Origin: a bacterium UBP1_UBA4783
GTDB lineage: Bacteria; Krumholzibacteriota; Krumholzibacteriia; Krumholzibacteriales; Krumholzibacteriaceae
Assembly (NCBI GenBank): GCA_002403075.1
Contig: DHHB01000007.1
Coordinates: forward strand, 2,339 to 66,338
Reading direction: 5' to 3'
Length of the DNA: 64,000 nt
The notes under the pieces were generated by a model, which saw only the letters and a program-made list of their open reading frames with translations, was not told the origin of the DNA and made no database searches. The position numbers were made by a program, and so were the translations under genes. Shown one piece after another: positions 39,573-48,857 of the stretch (position 1 is its first letter; each line of letters opens with the position of its first letter).

Positions 39573-41981
39573 ATGAAACGCGCCATCGCCTTTCTTGTCT
39601 TGTTCATCTCTATCGAGCTCCTCGCCGCTGTGACGGCCGCCGCGACCGTGAGGGTCGTCTATCGCTTCGCCGAGCCGTCGATCGAAGCGCTCGACGGAGG
39701 TTTCTCGCGCGTCGTCTTCGAGGGCGCCGCGCAGGCGGGAAGGCCCGGAGAGCCGACGTATCCCTTCCGCGGCGCGAAGATCCTTCTTCCTCCGGGCCAC
39801 GCCGTCTCGAGCGCGCGGATCTTCCGAAAGGACTGGACGAGGGTCGCGGGCGCTCACAGGCTCTTCCCGGCGCAGCTCCCCGTTTCCGGCATCGGTCTCG
39901 AGGCGGGAGGCCGGCGCTTTCTCCGCCGCGCGGAGGCCTACGCGGTCGACCGTTGGGTGCGGCCTCCCGACGGCCCGTTCAGAACACGTTACCTCCGCGG
40001 CCACGCGATCGCATCCGGCGCCGTGAGCCCGGTCGAATACCGCCCGGCTTCGAACGAGGTCGGATACTACCGGACGGTTGAGGTCGAGATCGAAACCTCG
40101 CCCGCCGCCGAGGCCCGCGACGCGCTCGCGCTGCTCCGCGCGGACGGCGAGACCGTTCGCCGCCTCTCCCGCGTCGTCGACAATCCTGACGCGATCGCCT
40201 CGTACGGGCCGCCCGCGGCGCCCCTTCGCGATCCCGAGAACGAGTTCGAATACCTCGTCGTCACGGGCGAGCAGTTCGCCGACGCCTTCGAGCCGTTCCG
40301 CGCCTTCTACACGAGGCGCGGCATGCGCACCGTCGTCATGACGGTCGAAGAGATCTACGCCGCGTACGGCGGCCTCGATGAGGCGGAGAAGATCCGGAAC
40401 TGCATCAAGGCCACATATACGCAGAACGGCGTCACTCACGTTCTGCTCGCGGGCGACTGGGACGGCGCCGCGGGGAACGCCCGGATCGTGCCGTTCCGCG
40501 GGCTCTGCGGCGAGGTTCACTCGTCGGAGATCTACGTCGACGAGGGCATGCCGGCGGATCTCTACTTCGCCGCGCTCGACGGCTCGTGGAACTCGGACGG
40601 AGACGCTCTCTGGGGCGAGATCGGCGAAGAGGATTCCTACGCCGAGGTCGCCGTCGGACGCGCGCCGATCGACACGCCGGAGAAGGCCGCCGCCTTCGTC
40701 GCCAAGACGATCGCGTATCAGGAATCCCCCGTCCTTTCCGAGGCGAGGAGCGCTCTCCTCCTCGGCGAGAAGCTCTGGAACGATCCCCTCACGTACGGAG
40801 ACGACGAGGTGGAGCTCCTCGTCGGCACCCGCTCCGACAACGGCTTCACGACGACCGGCGTCCCGCCGGACTTCTCGATCGTGCGCACATACGACAGGAG
40901 CGCCGTCTGGACGAAGGCCGAAGCGATCGCCGAGATCAACGCCGGCGTGAACTGGCTCGCCCACGCGGGGCACTCGAACCACTCCTACGTCATGCGCATG
41001 AGCCGGAGCGACGTCACCGACGCCGTCTTCACGAACGACGGCGCCGCTTCCGGATTCCCGATCGTCCTCTCGACCGGATGCTACGCGGGCGCCTTCGACA
41101 ACCGGAGCGCGAGCGGCTACTACGATACGGTCGACTGCATCGGGGAGCTTTTCGTCACTATCGCCCACTGCGCCGCCGCCTTCGTCTGCAACTCGCGCTA
41201 CGGCTGGTTCACCGAGGGGACGACGGCGGGGCCCTCGATCCATTTCATGCGCGAGTTCCTCGACGCGGCCTTCAGCGAGGGATATACGACCCTTGGCGAG
41301 GCACACGCACGATCGAAGGACGAAACGGTTCCCTTCCTCGACCTTCCGGACGAGTGGGAGCCCGGCGCCGTTCGCTGGTGCTTCTACGAGAGCAACCTCC
41401 TCGGAGATCCCGCCCTCGACGCGTGGACGGATACGCCTCAGCCGATCGCCGCTTCATACGCGCCCTCGATCGACCGCAACGATACGCTGTTCTCCGTCGA
41501 CGCCGGCGCGCCGGGGGCCGTCGCCTGCCTTTCGCGCGACGGCGCCTGGTACGGACGCGGCGTCGCCGACGAAACCGGAAACGTCGCCGTCGCGAGAAGC
41601 CGCGCCCTGCCCGATTCGCTGACGTGGCTCGAGCTCTGCGTCACGGCGCACAACGGACTCGTGCTCCGCGACACGATCGAGGTCGTCGAGACGGCGGAAA
41701 TCGCGGCCTCCGTCCCGGCTGTCCGTCTCGAGCAGAACTTCCCCAACCCGTTCAATCCGTCGACGGTCATCCGCTTCTTCCTGCCCCGGGACGGCGACGT
41801 CGAGCTCGCCGTCTTCGACGCGTCGGGACGCCTCGTCGAGCGGCTCGCGGGCGGACGCATGGGCCGCGGTCTCCACTCGATCGCCTGGGCCCCCGCCGGA
41901 CGAACCGCGAGCGGGGTATATTTCTATTCTCTTTCCTATCAAGGCGTTACTCTCGTTCGGAAGGCGATCGTCCTGCGGTGA
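39573..41981 (+). CDS. C25-family (gingipain-like) cysteine peptidase with propeptide and FlgD-Ig/T9SS-like C-terminal domain
   Basis: Signal peptide; GEPTYP propeptide; LLAGD, ADLYF, VGRAP; dyad HAGHS / STGCYAG; NLLGDP; NFPNPFNP C-terminal domain. Confidence 0.9.
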   Translation: MKRAIAFLVLFISIELLAAVTAAATVRVVYRFAEPSIEALDGGFSRVVFEGAAQAGRPGEPTYPFRGAKILLPPGHAVSSARIFRKDWTRVAGAHRLFPAQLPVSGIGLEAGGRRFLRRAEAYAVDRWVRPPDGPFRTRYLRGHAIASGAVSPVEYRPASNEVGYYRTVEVEIETSPAAEARDALALLRADGETVRRLSRVVDNPDAIASYGPPAAPLRDPENEFEYLVVTGEQFADAFEPFRAFYTRRGMRTVVMTVEEIYAAYGGLDEAEKIRNCIKATYTQNGVTHVLLAGDWDGAAGNARIVPFRGLCGEVHSSEIYVDEGMPADLYFAALDGSWNSDGDALWGEIGEEDSYAEVAVGRAPIDTPEKAAAFVAKTIAYQESPVLSEARSALLLGEKLWNDPLTYGDDEVELLVGTRSDNGFTTTGVPPDFSIVRTYDRSAVWTKAEAIAEINAGVNWLAHAGHSNHSYVMRMSRSDVTDAVFTNDGAASGFPIVLSTGCYAGAFDNRSASGYYDTVDCIGELFVTIAHCAAAFVCNSRYGWFTEGTTAGPSIHFMREFLDAAFSEGYTTLGEAHARSKDETVPFLDLPDEWEPGAVRWCFYESNLLGDPALDAWTDTPQPIAASYAPSIDRNDTLFSVDAGAPGAVACLSRDGAWYGRGVADETGNVAVARSRALPDSLTWLELCVTAHNGLVLRDTIEVVETAEIAASVPAVRLEQNFPNPFNPSTVIRFFLPRDGDVELAVFDASGRLVERLAGGRMGRGLHSIAWAPAGRTASGVYFYSLSYQGVTLVRKAIVLR

Positions 41982-42108
41982 CGGCCGCACGGCCGTTCCC
42001 TCCCCGCGTGCCCGGAATACGATGAAACACAATGGTCTCGCCTTCCGTTTATAGTACATGGTACGGGCGGGGTGCCGTCCCGGAGCTTGTGGCATGAAAG
42101 GCGGAGCG

Positions 42109-44724
42109 ATGAAGGCGCGAACGATGTATCGGTGCGTGACGGCGCTCGCCGCGGCGTGCATATTCCCGGGCGCGGCCCTCGGTGGATCCTCGGCGCGGGA
42201 CTCGATCCCGGCCGCCGTCAAGACGCGGCCGCCCGTGAAGGCCGTTCGAGCGACGAACGGAGGAATCCGCGTCGACGGCGTCCTCGACGAGCAGGACTGG
42301 GCTGCGGCGGCGCCCGTCGAGGGCTTCGTGCAGCATGAACCTTACGACGGCCGGCCGGCGTCCGAGAGAACGACGGTCCGGGCGGTTTACGACGACCGCT
42401 GCATCTACATAGGCGTCAAGGCGTACGATTCGGAGCCCGGCAAGATCGTCGGCCATCTGACGCGCCGGGACGGAGACTCCCCCTCCGATTGGATCTACAT
42501 CGGATTCGACAGCTACAACGACAAGCGCTCGGCCTTCCTGTTCGGGGTGAACGCCGCCGGCACGAAGCAGGACATCTTCTTTTTCAACGACACCGAGGAG
42601 GACGGCAACTGGGACGCCGTCTGGGACGTCGGGACGCGCGTCGACGAGGACGGATGGACGGCGGAGTTCGCCGTTCCCTGGAGCCAGCTTCGCTTCGCGA
42701 ACAACTGCGACACTCATTCGTGGGGCTTTCAGGCGGCCCGCCAGATCTGCCGCCGCGACGAGCTCTCGTTCCTCTACCCCGTTCCCAAGAGCGCGAACCA
42801 GCTCGTGTCGCTGTTCGGCAGGATCGAGGGGATCGAGCGCATCCCGTCTCCGAGCAGGCTCGAGCTTCTCCCCTATGCGGTCGGGAGCGTCGACGCGTAC
42901 GGCGACTCTGACGGCGATCCCTTCCGCGCCGATGCGAACCCGGGCGGCCGGATCGGAACCGATCTCAAGTATCGGCTCACGACCGACGTCACTCTCGACA
43001 TGACGATCAACCCCGACTTCGGCCAGGTCGAGCAGGATCCCTCGGAGTTCAACCTCACCGCGTACGAATCGTATTTCGAGGAGAAACGTCCCTTCTTCAT
43101 GGAGGGAGCCAATATTTTCCGGTACCGTCTCATGTTCGGCGACAGCGATTCGGAGCGGCTTTTCTACTCGCGGCGCATCGGCCGCGCGCCGCAGTTCTCG
43201 GCGCTCGATTCGCGGCGTTTCATCGATACGGAAGGGCTCTATGAAGACTCTCCGCGGTTCGCGACGATCCTCGGAGCGGCGAAGATCACGGGCAAGACCT
43301 CGAACGGGATCTCGATCGGCGTCCTCGAAGCCGTCACCGACAAGGAGAACGCCGCGGTCGAGCTCCCGGACGGCGAGCGTGTCGGCGTCGCCGTCGAGCC
43401 GATGACGAACTACCTTCTCGCGCGCGCCCAGAAGGATCTCAACGACGGCCGGAGCACGATCGGCGCGATCGTCACGAGCGTCGTCCGCGACCTCTCGAGC
43501 CCCGATCTCCGGACGCTCAACCGCGCCGCTCTCACGGGCGGAATCGATTTCTCCCACCGCTGGCGCAACGACGAGTACGCCGTGAACGGACGCATCCTCG
43601 GAAGCCGGATCGAGGGGAGCGCCGAGGCGATCAGCGAGGCGCAGACCTCTTCCGCCCGCTACTTCCAGCGTCCGGACGCCGATTACGTCGAGTACGACCC
43701 CGCGCGCACATCCCTCGGGGGGTACGCGGCCGTCGTGGACGGCGGGCGCTACGGCGGCAAGCGCTGGAACTTCCTCCTCGGCCTCATGTCGCGCTCGCCC
43801 GGATTCGAGGTGAACGATCTCGGATACATGCAGGAGGCCGACGAGGTGCTCGGCGTCGCGTGGACGGGGTATCGCCTTCCTCAGCCGTGGAAAGCGCTGA
43901 GAAGCCTGAGCCTCAACTGGAACCTCTATCGCGCCTACAACTACGGCGGCGAGATGATCACGTTCGGAGGCAACATGAACGGTTCGTTCAGCCTCACGAA
44001 CAACTGGGGCGGCTACGCCGGCGTCGAGCGAAGCGGCGAGCACCTCGGAATGAGCGTCACGCGCGGCGGGCCGCTCGTTCTCGTTCCCGGAGGCTGGAAT
44101 TCGTGGTTCGGCGCCTACACCAACGACCGCAGGGCGGTCCGGATCGGCTGCGACGGGGGTCTCAGCCGGAACGACGAGAGTTTCGGCGGATGGTACGCCG
44201 AGCCGTACGTGACGATCCGCCCGTCGGGGCGCTTCGAATTGCGGATCGGCGCCTCGTACTCGACCCGCGAATACGACACGCAGTATATCGACGAGATCGG
44301 AGGAAGCTACGTCGTCGGGCATCTCGACATGGAGGTCATGAGCGTCACGACGCGGCTCAACTACACCCTCACTCCCGAGATGAGCCTCCAGTTCTACGGC
44401 ATGCCGTTCGTCGCCGCCGGGCGCTACGGCGGCTTCCGCGAGGTCGTTTCGCCGCGCGCCGGATCGTACGAGGACCGGTTCGCCCCGTACGACTATCTCG
44501 CGGACGCGGACAGCCCCGATTTCAACTTCAAGGAGATGCGGTCGAATCTCGTGTACCGCTGGGAATGGAGCCCGGGATCGGCGCTCTATCTCGTCTGGTC
44601 GCGCGGCGCGACCGATTTCGAGGAGCGCGGGGAGTTCGCGGCGGGAAGGGACTTCGACCGGCTCCTGTCCGCCGCGGGCGACAACACCTTCATGGTCAAG
44701 ATCAGCAAGTGGTTCAGCATCTGA
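42109..44724 (+). CDS. DUF5916 outer-membrane protein with N-terminal CBM9-like domain
   Basis: IRVDGVLDE.DW, T.VRAVYD, WDAVW, WTAEFAVPWSQLRF, TINPDFGQVEQD, EKRPFF.EG, FYSRRIGR; beta-barrel-like end KISKWFSI. Confidence 0.85.
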   Translation: MKARTMYRCVTALAAACIFPGAALGGSSARDSIPAAVKTRPPVKAVRATNGGIRVDGVLDEQDWAAAAPVEGFVQHEPYDGRPASERTTVRAVYDDRCIYIGVKAYDSEPGKIVGHLTRRDGDSPSDWIYIGFDSYNDKRSAFLFGVNAAGTKQDIFFFNDTEEDGNWDAVWDVGTRVDEDGWTAEFAVPWSQLRFANNCDTHSWGFQAARQICRRDELSFLYPVPKSANQLVSLFGRIEGIERIPSPSRLELLPYAVGSVDAYGDSDGDPFRADANPGGRIGTDLKYRLTTDVTLDMTINPDFGQVEQDPSEFNLTAYESYFEEKRPFFMEGANIFRYRLMFGDSDSERLFYSRRIGRAPQFSALDSRRFIDTEGLYEDSPRFATILGAAKITGKTSNGISIGVLEAVTDKENAAVELPDGERVGVAVEPMTNYLLARAQKDLNDGRSTIGAIVTSVVRDLSSPDLRTLNRAALTGGIDFSHRWRNDEYAVNGRILGSRIEGSAEAISEAQTSSARYFQRPDADYVEYDPARTSLGGYAAVVDGGRYGGKRWNFLLGLMSRSPGFEVNDLGYMQEADEVLGVAWTGYRLPQPWKALRSLSLNWNLYRAYNYGGEMITFGGNMNGSFSLTNNWGGYAGVERSGEHLGMSVTRGGPLVLVPGGWNSWFGAYTNDRRAVRIGCDGGLSRNDESFGGWYAEPYVTIRPSGRFELRIGASYSTREYDTQYIDEIGGSYVVGHLDMEVMSVTTRLNYTLTPEMSLQFYGMPFVAAGRYGGFREVVSPRAGSYEDRFAPYDYLADADSPDFNFKEMRSNLVYRWEWSPGSALYLVWSRGATDFEERGEFAAGRDFDRLLSAAGDNTFMVKISKWFSI

Positions 44725-44774
44725 CGAGCCGGCGGCGCGAGGCGGCCGCCGGCCTCGCGCGCCGCGGGATCGCC

Positions 44775-45911
44775 TCAACCCGATCGCGCCGGGGCGGCTC
44801 CAGCGCCGTGGCCGCAATCTTGGACCTCGTTGTCGAATACATCTATCCGTGTAGACTCCGATCCGTCCGGGCAGCCGCCGTACGGGTTTGATTGCGGTCT
44901 GAGATCCTTGAACATGCGGGGCTTTCGGCAGTCCCAGCTTCCCAGCGCGAGGTTGTGGTGCAATCTGTTCCCGACCGACGGGCATTCCGCGAAGGCGCCG
45001 CCGGGGGTGCAGAGAGGGTGCCGGTACCACATCGAACAGAACGCGTTCCATCCGGTTCTGACCGATCGATTGTGGTGGATTTCGTTATCGTTCGATTCAT
45101 CCCGTATTCTGACCCCGTCCCCCTTGATGTTTTCGAACGTGCAACTCCGCACGACGTTGCCGCTGCTGTGGTGCGCCATATAAACGCATACGATCGCGAG
45201 AGCTTCCGTCGAGCCGTTTCCTTCCTCCGAGGACCGGTACGGCCGGTCGTTCGCGTTTCCGCAATTTGAAAAAGCGCACCGCTCGATGACGTTGTTTCTG
45301 GAGTTCACGAGATCCAACACGCCGTAGCACATCCCTTTTTCGGGATTATTCTGGTTTCCGATATCGTGAAAGACGCAATCCTCGACGCTGTTGTTCGCGT
45401 TGTATCGACCGGCTTCTTTTTCGTCGCCGACGAGCCATATGGCCCCCCTCGCGTAGTCTCCGATCGACAATCTCCTGAAGTGCAGGTTGGTCGCCCCGGA
45501 GGAAGCGTTTTCGAATGTGAAGAATACCGCGTCCGTCTCGCGGCCGGTGAAACACGCGAAAACGCTGTCCGGATACGGCTCGAAGAATACGTTCGCGCCG
45601 CGGCTGCAGTACTCCCAGCGCACGGTCTGGTTTTCGTACGGGCCGATATCGCTCCGTATCTTGACCGTTACGTCGGCTCGCGGCAGAACGGTCGAGAGCA
45701 GGGCATGCACTCCTTGCAGGGATCGGAGAGGAGCATCCATCGTTCCCGGGTTGCCGTCGTCGCCCGCGGGGGACATATGCACACAATAGACCGAAGACGC
45801 GGCCGCGGTGTCTCCAGAAGCGGACGGGGCGGCTCCATTGCGGCGAGGTTCGCTCCCGCCGCACCCCGTGAACGCGCAGGCGATGAGGATAACGCACAAT
45901 CTCATGTTCAT
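44775..45911 (-). CDS. Right-handed parallel beta-helix lipoprotein, paralog 2
   Basis: Lipobox FTGC; MSPAGDDGNPGTMDAP; colinear motifs shared with 38132-39439; ATGA overlap with the GT4 gene. Confidence 0.75.
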   Translation of the reverse strand: MNMRLCVILIACAFTGCGGSEPRRNGAAPSASGDTAAASSVYCVHMSPAGDDGNPGTMDAPLRSLQGVHALLSTVLPRADVTVKIRSDIGPYENQTVRWEYCSRGANVFFEPYPDSVFACFTGRETDAVFFTFENASSGATNLHFRRLSIGDYARGAIWLVGDEKEAGRYNANNSVEDCVFHDIGNQNNPEKGMCYGVLDLVNSRNNVIERCAFSNCGNANDRPYRSSEEGNGSTEALAIVCVYMAHHSSGNVVRSCTFENIKGDGVRIRDESNDNEIHHNRSVRTGWNAFCSMWYRHPLCTPGGAFAECPSVGNRLHHNLALGSWDCRKPRMFKDLRPQSNPYGGCPDGSESTRIDVFDNEVQDCGHGAGAAPARSG

Positions 45912-47053
45912 GGTCGGCACGTGCTGGAGCGGCGCCCTCGCCGCCGGCGCGAGGCGGCGGCCGCCACGGCCGGAACGAGCATCCTCCCGACGACCTCCTC
46001 CTCCGAGAAGGAACGCACGAACTCCGAAGCCTTCCGGCACATGGTCTCGTACCGTCCGGGGGCGGCGCGAAGCGCGTCGAGCGCTCCGATAATCTCGGAC
46101 GGCGAATGAACGGAAACGAGCAGTCCCGTCTCTCCGTCGATGACGATTTCGGGGATCGACCGCCAGCGCGTCGCGACGACGGGGATCCCCGCCGCGTACG
46201 CCTCGAGAATGACCGCCGGATACCCCTCGCTCGGATGGAAGGTCGGCAAAAGGAGCACGTCGTATTCGCGGGCCGCCCGGATCACGCTCCCCGGCTCCAC
46301 GACGCCCCGGTATCGAAGGTTCGGGTGCCCCGAGATCGCTTCGTGGAAGGCCCGCCGGTCGCGCTCGGCGAAGGGACCGTAGAAGTCGCACGAGAAGGCC
46401 TCGCGGGCGCCGATCGCCTCGACGATCTCGAATATCCCCTTCTCGCGCTTCATCTGCCCGAAGAAGACGCATTTCCCGGAGAAGCGCCGGCCGGGGCTCG
46501 CCGCGGCGGCGACGCCGGAGGGGATATAGTTCGGCAGAAGCGCCACCCGGCCGGCGGGCAGGCCGGCGCCGGCGACGAGCTCGCGCTCGAGCGCCTTCGT
46601 CTCGGCGAACACGCAGTCGACCCCGCGCAGCAGCTCGACCGCAAAGCGCCGCCACGGAGAGGAGAGTCGCGCGAGTCGCTCGGCGAGATACCCCCCGAAT
46701 ACCTTGACGAAGAGCGGCCGCCGCGCGACCCGGCAGCACAGCATGATCCCGAGCCCGGCCGTGACGACGAAGCGGTTGTTGCACCACAGCAGGACGACGT
46801 CGCTCCGGCGGAGCTTCGAGGCGACGAGCGCCACGATCCTCGCTCCCCGGAGCAGATCTCCCGGGCCGAGACGCTCGTCCGGCAGACGGACGCGGTCGCC
46901 GGCGGAGGTGTCGACGCGATCGAGGACGATCCCGCCCTCGCTCCAGAAGCGGCTCCGGGACAGGTTGGCGGTGAGAACGGTGTCTCCTCCGACGGGCGGC
47001 GGAAAGGGGCCGATGAGAAGGGCGCGCGTATGGGCCGTGTGCTCGTTCGACAT
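45908..47053 (-). CDS. Glycosyltransferase family 4 (GT-B)
   Basis: GPFPPPVGG, FFGQMKREKG, LLPT..SEGYPAVILEAYAAGIPVVAT, G.LV. Confidence 0.9.
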   Translation of the reverse strand: MSNEHTAHTRALLIGPFPPPVGGDTVLTANLSRSRFWSEGGIVLDRVDTSAGDRVRLPDERLGPGDLLRGARIVALVASKLRRSDVVLLWCNNRFVVTAGLGIMLCCRVARRPLFVKVFGGYLAERLARLSSPWRRFAVELLRGVDCVFAETKALERELVAGAGLPAGRVALLPNYIPSGVAAAASPGRRFSGKCVFFGQMKREKGIFEIVEAIGAREAFSCDFYGPFAERDRRAFHEAISGHPNLRYRGVVEPGSVIRAAREYDVLLLPTFHPSEGYPAVILEAYAAGIPVVATRWRSIPEIVIDGETGLLVSVHSPSEIIGALDALRAAPGRYETMCRKASEFVRSFSEEEVVGRMLVPAVAAAASRRRRGRRSSTCRP

Positions 47054-47070
47054 CGATTCATGATATTGAC

Positions 47071-47095
47071 ATATCCGCGGCTGCGGTTCTACAAG
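47071..47095 (-). repeat. 25-bp element, copy 1 (upstream of GT4); inverted relative to copy 2
   Basis: Minus strand CTTGTAGAACCGCAGCCGCGGATAT; 21/25 identical to 50038-50062. Confidence 0.6.
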
Positions 47096-47124
47096 TATAA
47101 CGTCTGTTTCGCGCCGCGATTATG

Positions 47125-47158
47125 AAAAGAGCCGGATGCCCGTCGGACATCCGGCTCT
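47125..47158 (-). terminator. Intrinsic terminator of paralog A
   Basis: AGAGCCGGATG...CATCCGGCTCT stem followed by TTTT on the minus strand. Confidence 0.85.
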
Positions 47159-47186
47159 CGCTATGCGGGAAACGTTTCGCTCGAGA

Positions 47187-47747
47187 TTAGAACAGGGACT
47201 TTATCGCGCCCCAGCTCGATTCCTCGGTGGCGATCATTTCCGGGCAGATGATCGACGTCAAACCGATCACCTCGATGAGGTTCATGTCGGGATAGCACGA
47301 CTGACGCGGCAAAGCGGCGCCGCTGCGCGGATCGGCGACGATTCTGAGCGGTGCGTTGACCGTCATGCCGCCGTACCAGAGGCATGCGCCCTCCGGAAGG
47401 GTCATGAGCTGCACCGTCGCAAGCAGGTTATAGCCGGGATCGAAGCCGTTGAGCGGCGGGAAGTACGTCGCGGCGAGACCGTTGATCGGGTCGCCGAGCG
47501 TGAGCGAGCCCTCGGGCACCGACCAGCCGGTCATGACGACGCCCGCGGGAAGCTGAACCGCGAACTCGATTCCGGAGGTGAAGCAGTTGAGCGCATGTCC
47601 GTAGATGTAAGCCGTCATCGGCTCGAACGGCTGCGGCGAGTAGTACATCTGATTCGGCGTGTAGGTGAAGTATGCGCCGATCGTCGGGGCGCCGACCACG
47701 AAGGCGGGAACGAGAAGAAGCAACGCTGCGATGACAAATGGACGCAT
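47187..47747 (-). CDS. Secreted 186-aa beta-rich (cohesin-like) protein with C-terminal WGxIKxL[FY] tail, paralog A
   Basis: Signal peptide; RBS AAAGGAG; ends IATEESSWGAIKSLF; 157/186 aa identical to paralog B by manual count. Confidence 0.85.
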   Translation of the reverse strand: MRPFVIAALLLLVPAFVVGAPTIGAYFTYTPNQMYYSPQPFEPMTAYIYGHALNCFTSGIEFAVQLPAGVVMTGWSVPEGSLTLGDPINGLAATYFPPLNGFDPGYNLLATVQLMTLPEGACLWYGGMTVNAPLRIVADPRSGAALPRQSCYPDMNLIEVIGLTSIICPEMIATEESSWGAIKSLF

Positions 47748-47931
47748 GACCTGCTCCTTTCAAACGAGACTCATGCTGCCGGGCTGATTGACAAATCCAA
47801 AAGCTGCAAAAGCCGATGCAAGAAGTCGAGTCTTGTATCTCTTATCTCTTCCCTCGCTCACCTCCTCTTTGACAATCGCGACCTGTTTCAAAAATATGCT
47901 CAACTCAGGCTGACAAATCGGCCTTAGGTCC

Positions 47932-47960
47932 AGTATACCACAGATCGAAACGCAGTTAAA
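47932..47960 (-). promoter_or_regulatory. Extended -10 sigma70-type promoter for paralog A
   Basis: TTTAAC-N17-TATACT with TG extension (TGGTATACT). Confidence 0.55.
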
Positions 47961-48027
47961 GGGAATTCTCCCTCACTATTTCCCCTCGGCGTGCGGCCCC
48001 CTCCCCCGACACGGACACCACCCCACG

Positions 48028-48066
48028 AAAAAGGAGCCGGATACCCGATCGGGCATCCGGCTCCTT
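48028..48066 (-). terminator. Intrinsic terminator of paralog B
   Basis: AAGGAGCCGGAT...ATCCGGCTCCTT stem plus T-tract on the minus strand; homologous to the paralog A terminator. Confidence 0.85.
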
Positions 48067-48093
48067 GCTAGCGATAAACGACCCCGCGAAGCG

Positions 48094-48654
48094 TCAGTAC
48101 AGAGACTTGATCGCTCCCCAGCTCGTTTCTTCAGTGGCAATCTGGCACGGACAGATCGCAGAGGTGAGCCCCACGACGTCGACGAGGTACATCTCGGGGT
48201 AGCACGACTGCCGTGGCATCGCGGCGCCGCTGCGCGGGTCGGCGACGATCCGAAGCGGAGCGTCGATCAAGGTGCCGCCGAACCAGCAGCATGCGCCCTC
48301 CGGAAGGGTCATGAGCTGTACCGTCGCAAGCAGGTTATACCCCGGCTCGAAGCCGTTGAGCGGCGGGAAGTACGTCGCGGCGAGACCGCCGATCGGATCG
48401 CCGAGCGTAAGCGATCCCTCGGGCACCGACCAGCCGGTCATGACGATGCCGGGGGGAAGCTGAACCGCGAACTCGATTCCGGAGGTGAAGCAGTTGAGCG
48501 CATGTCCGTAGATGTAAGCCGTCATCGGCTCGAACGGCTGCGGCGAGTAGTACATCTGATTGGGCGTGTAGGTGAAGTACGCGCCGATCGTCTGTCCGCC
48601 GAAAAGAACGGCCGGAACGAGAAGAAGCAGGGCTGCGATAGCGATGGAACGCAT
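48094..48654 (-). CDS. Secreted 186-aa beta-rich protein with C-terminal WGxIKxL[FY] tail, paralog B
   Basis: Signal peptide; RBS AAAGGAG; ends IATEETSWGAIKSLY. Confidence 0.85.
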   Translation of the reverse strand: MRSIAIAALLLLVPAVLFGGQTIGAYFTYTPNQMYYSPQPFEPMTAYIYGHALNCFTSGIEFAVQLPPGIVMTGWSVPEGSLTLGDPIGGLAATYFPPLNGFEPGYNLLATVQLMTLPEGACCWFGGTLIDAPLRIVADPRSGAAMPRQSCYPEMYLVDVVGLTSAICPCQIATEETSWGAIKSLY

Positions 48655-48828
48655 GATTCACTCCTTTCCAACGGGACTCGAGCTGCCGAGCTGATTGACA
48701 AATCAAAAGCTGCAACGCTGATGCAAGGGGACGAGCCTTGTACCGATAGCCTTTATTTTCACCTCCTGTAGGATTTGCACCCCATTAATACATTGATAAA
48801 GAGAGCCGATAAAAACTCACTCGCGATC

Positions 48829-48857
48829 ATTGTATCACAAGCGGAAAATTATTTCAA
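48829..48857 (-). promoter_or_regulatory. sigma70 promoter for paralog B
   Basis: TTGAAA-N17-TACAAT with TG extension (TGATACAAT) in an AT-rich intergenic region. Confidence 0.7.

Noticed and set aside
42049..45051. 1000-aa minus-strand ORF
   Set aside because: Antisense shadow of the DUF5916 gene.
47760..47861. Leader peptide from the GTG in AGGAGGTGA (33 codons in copy A, 19 in copy B)
   Set aside because: Frame and sequence are not conserved between copies, and the GTG lies inside the SD itself.
47187..48654. Diversity-generating retroelement TR/VR pair
   Set aside because: Both copies are intact full genes, differences are not adenine-specific, and no reverse transcriptase is in the window.
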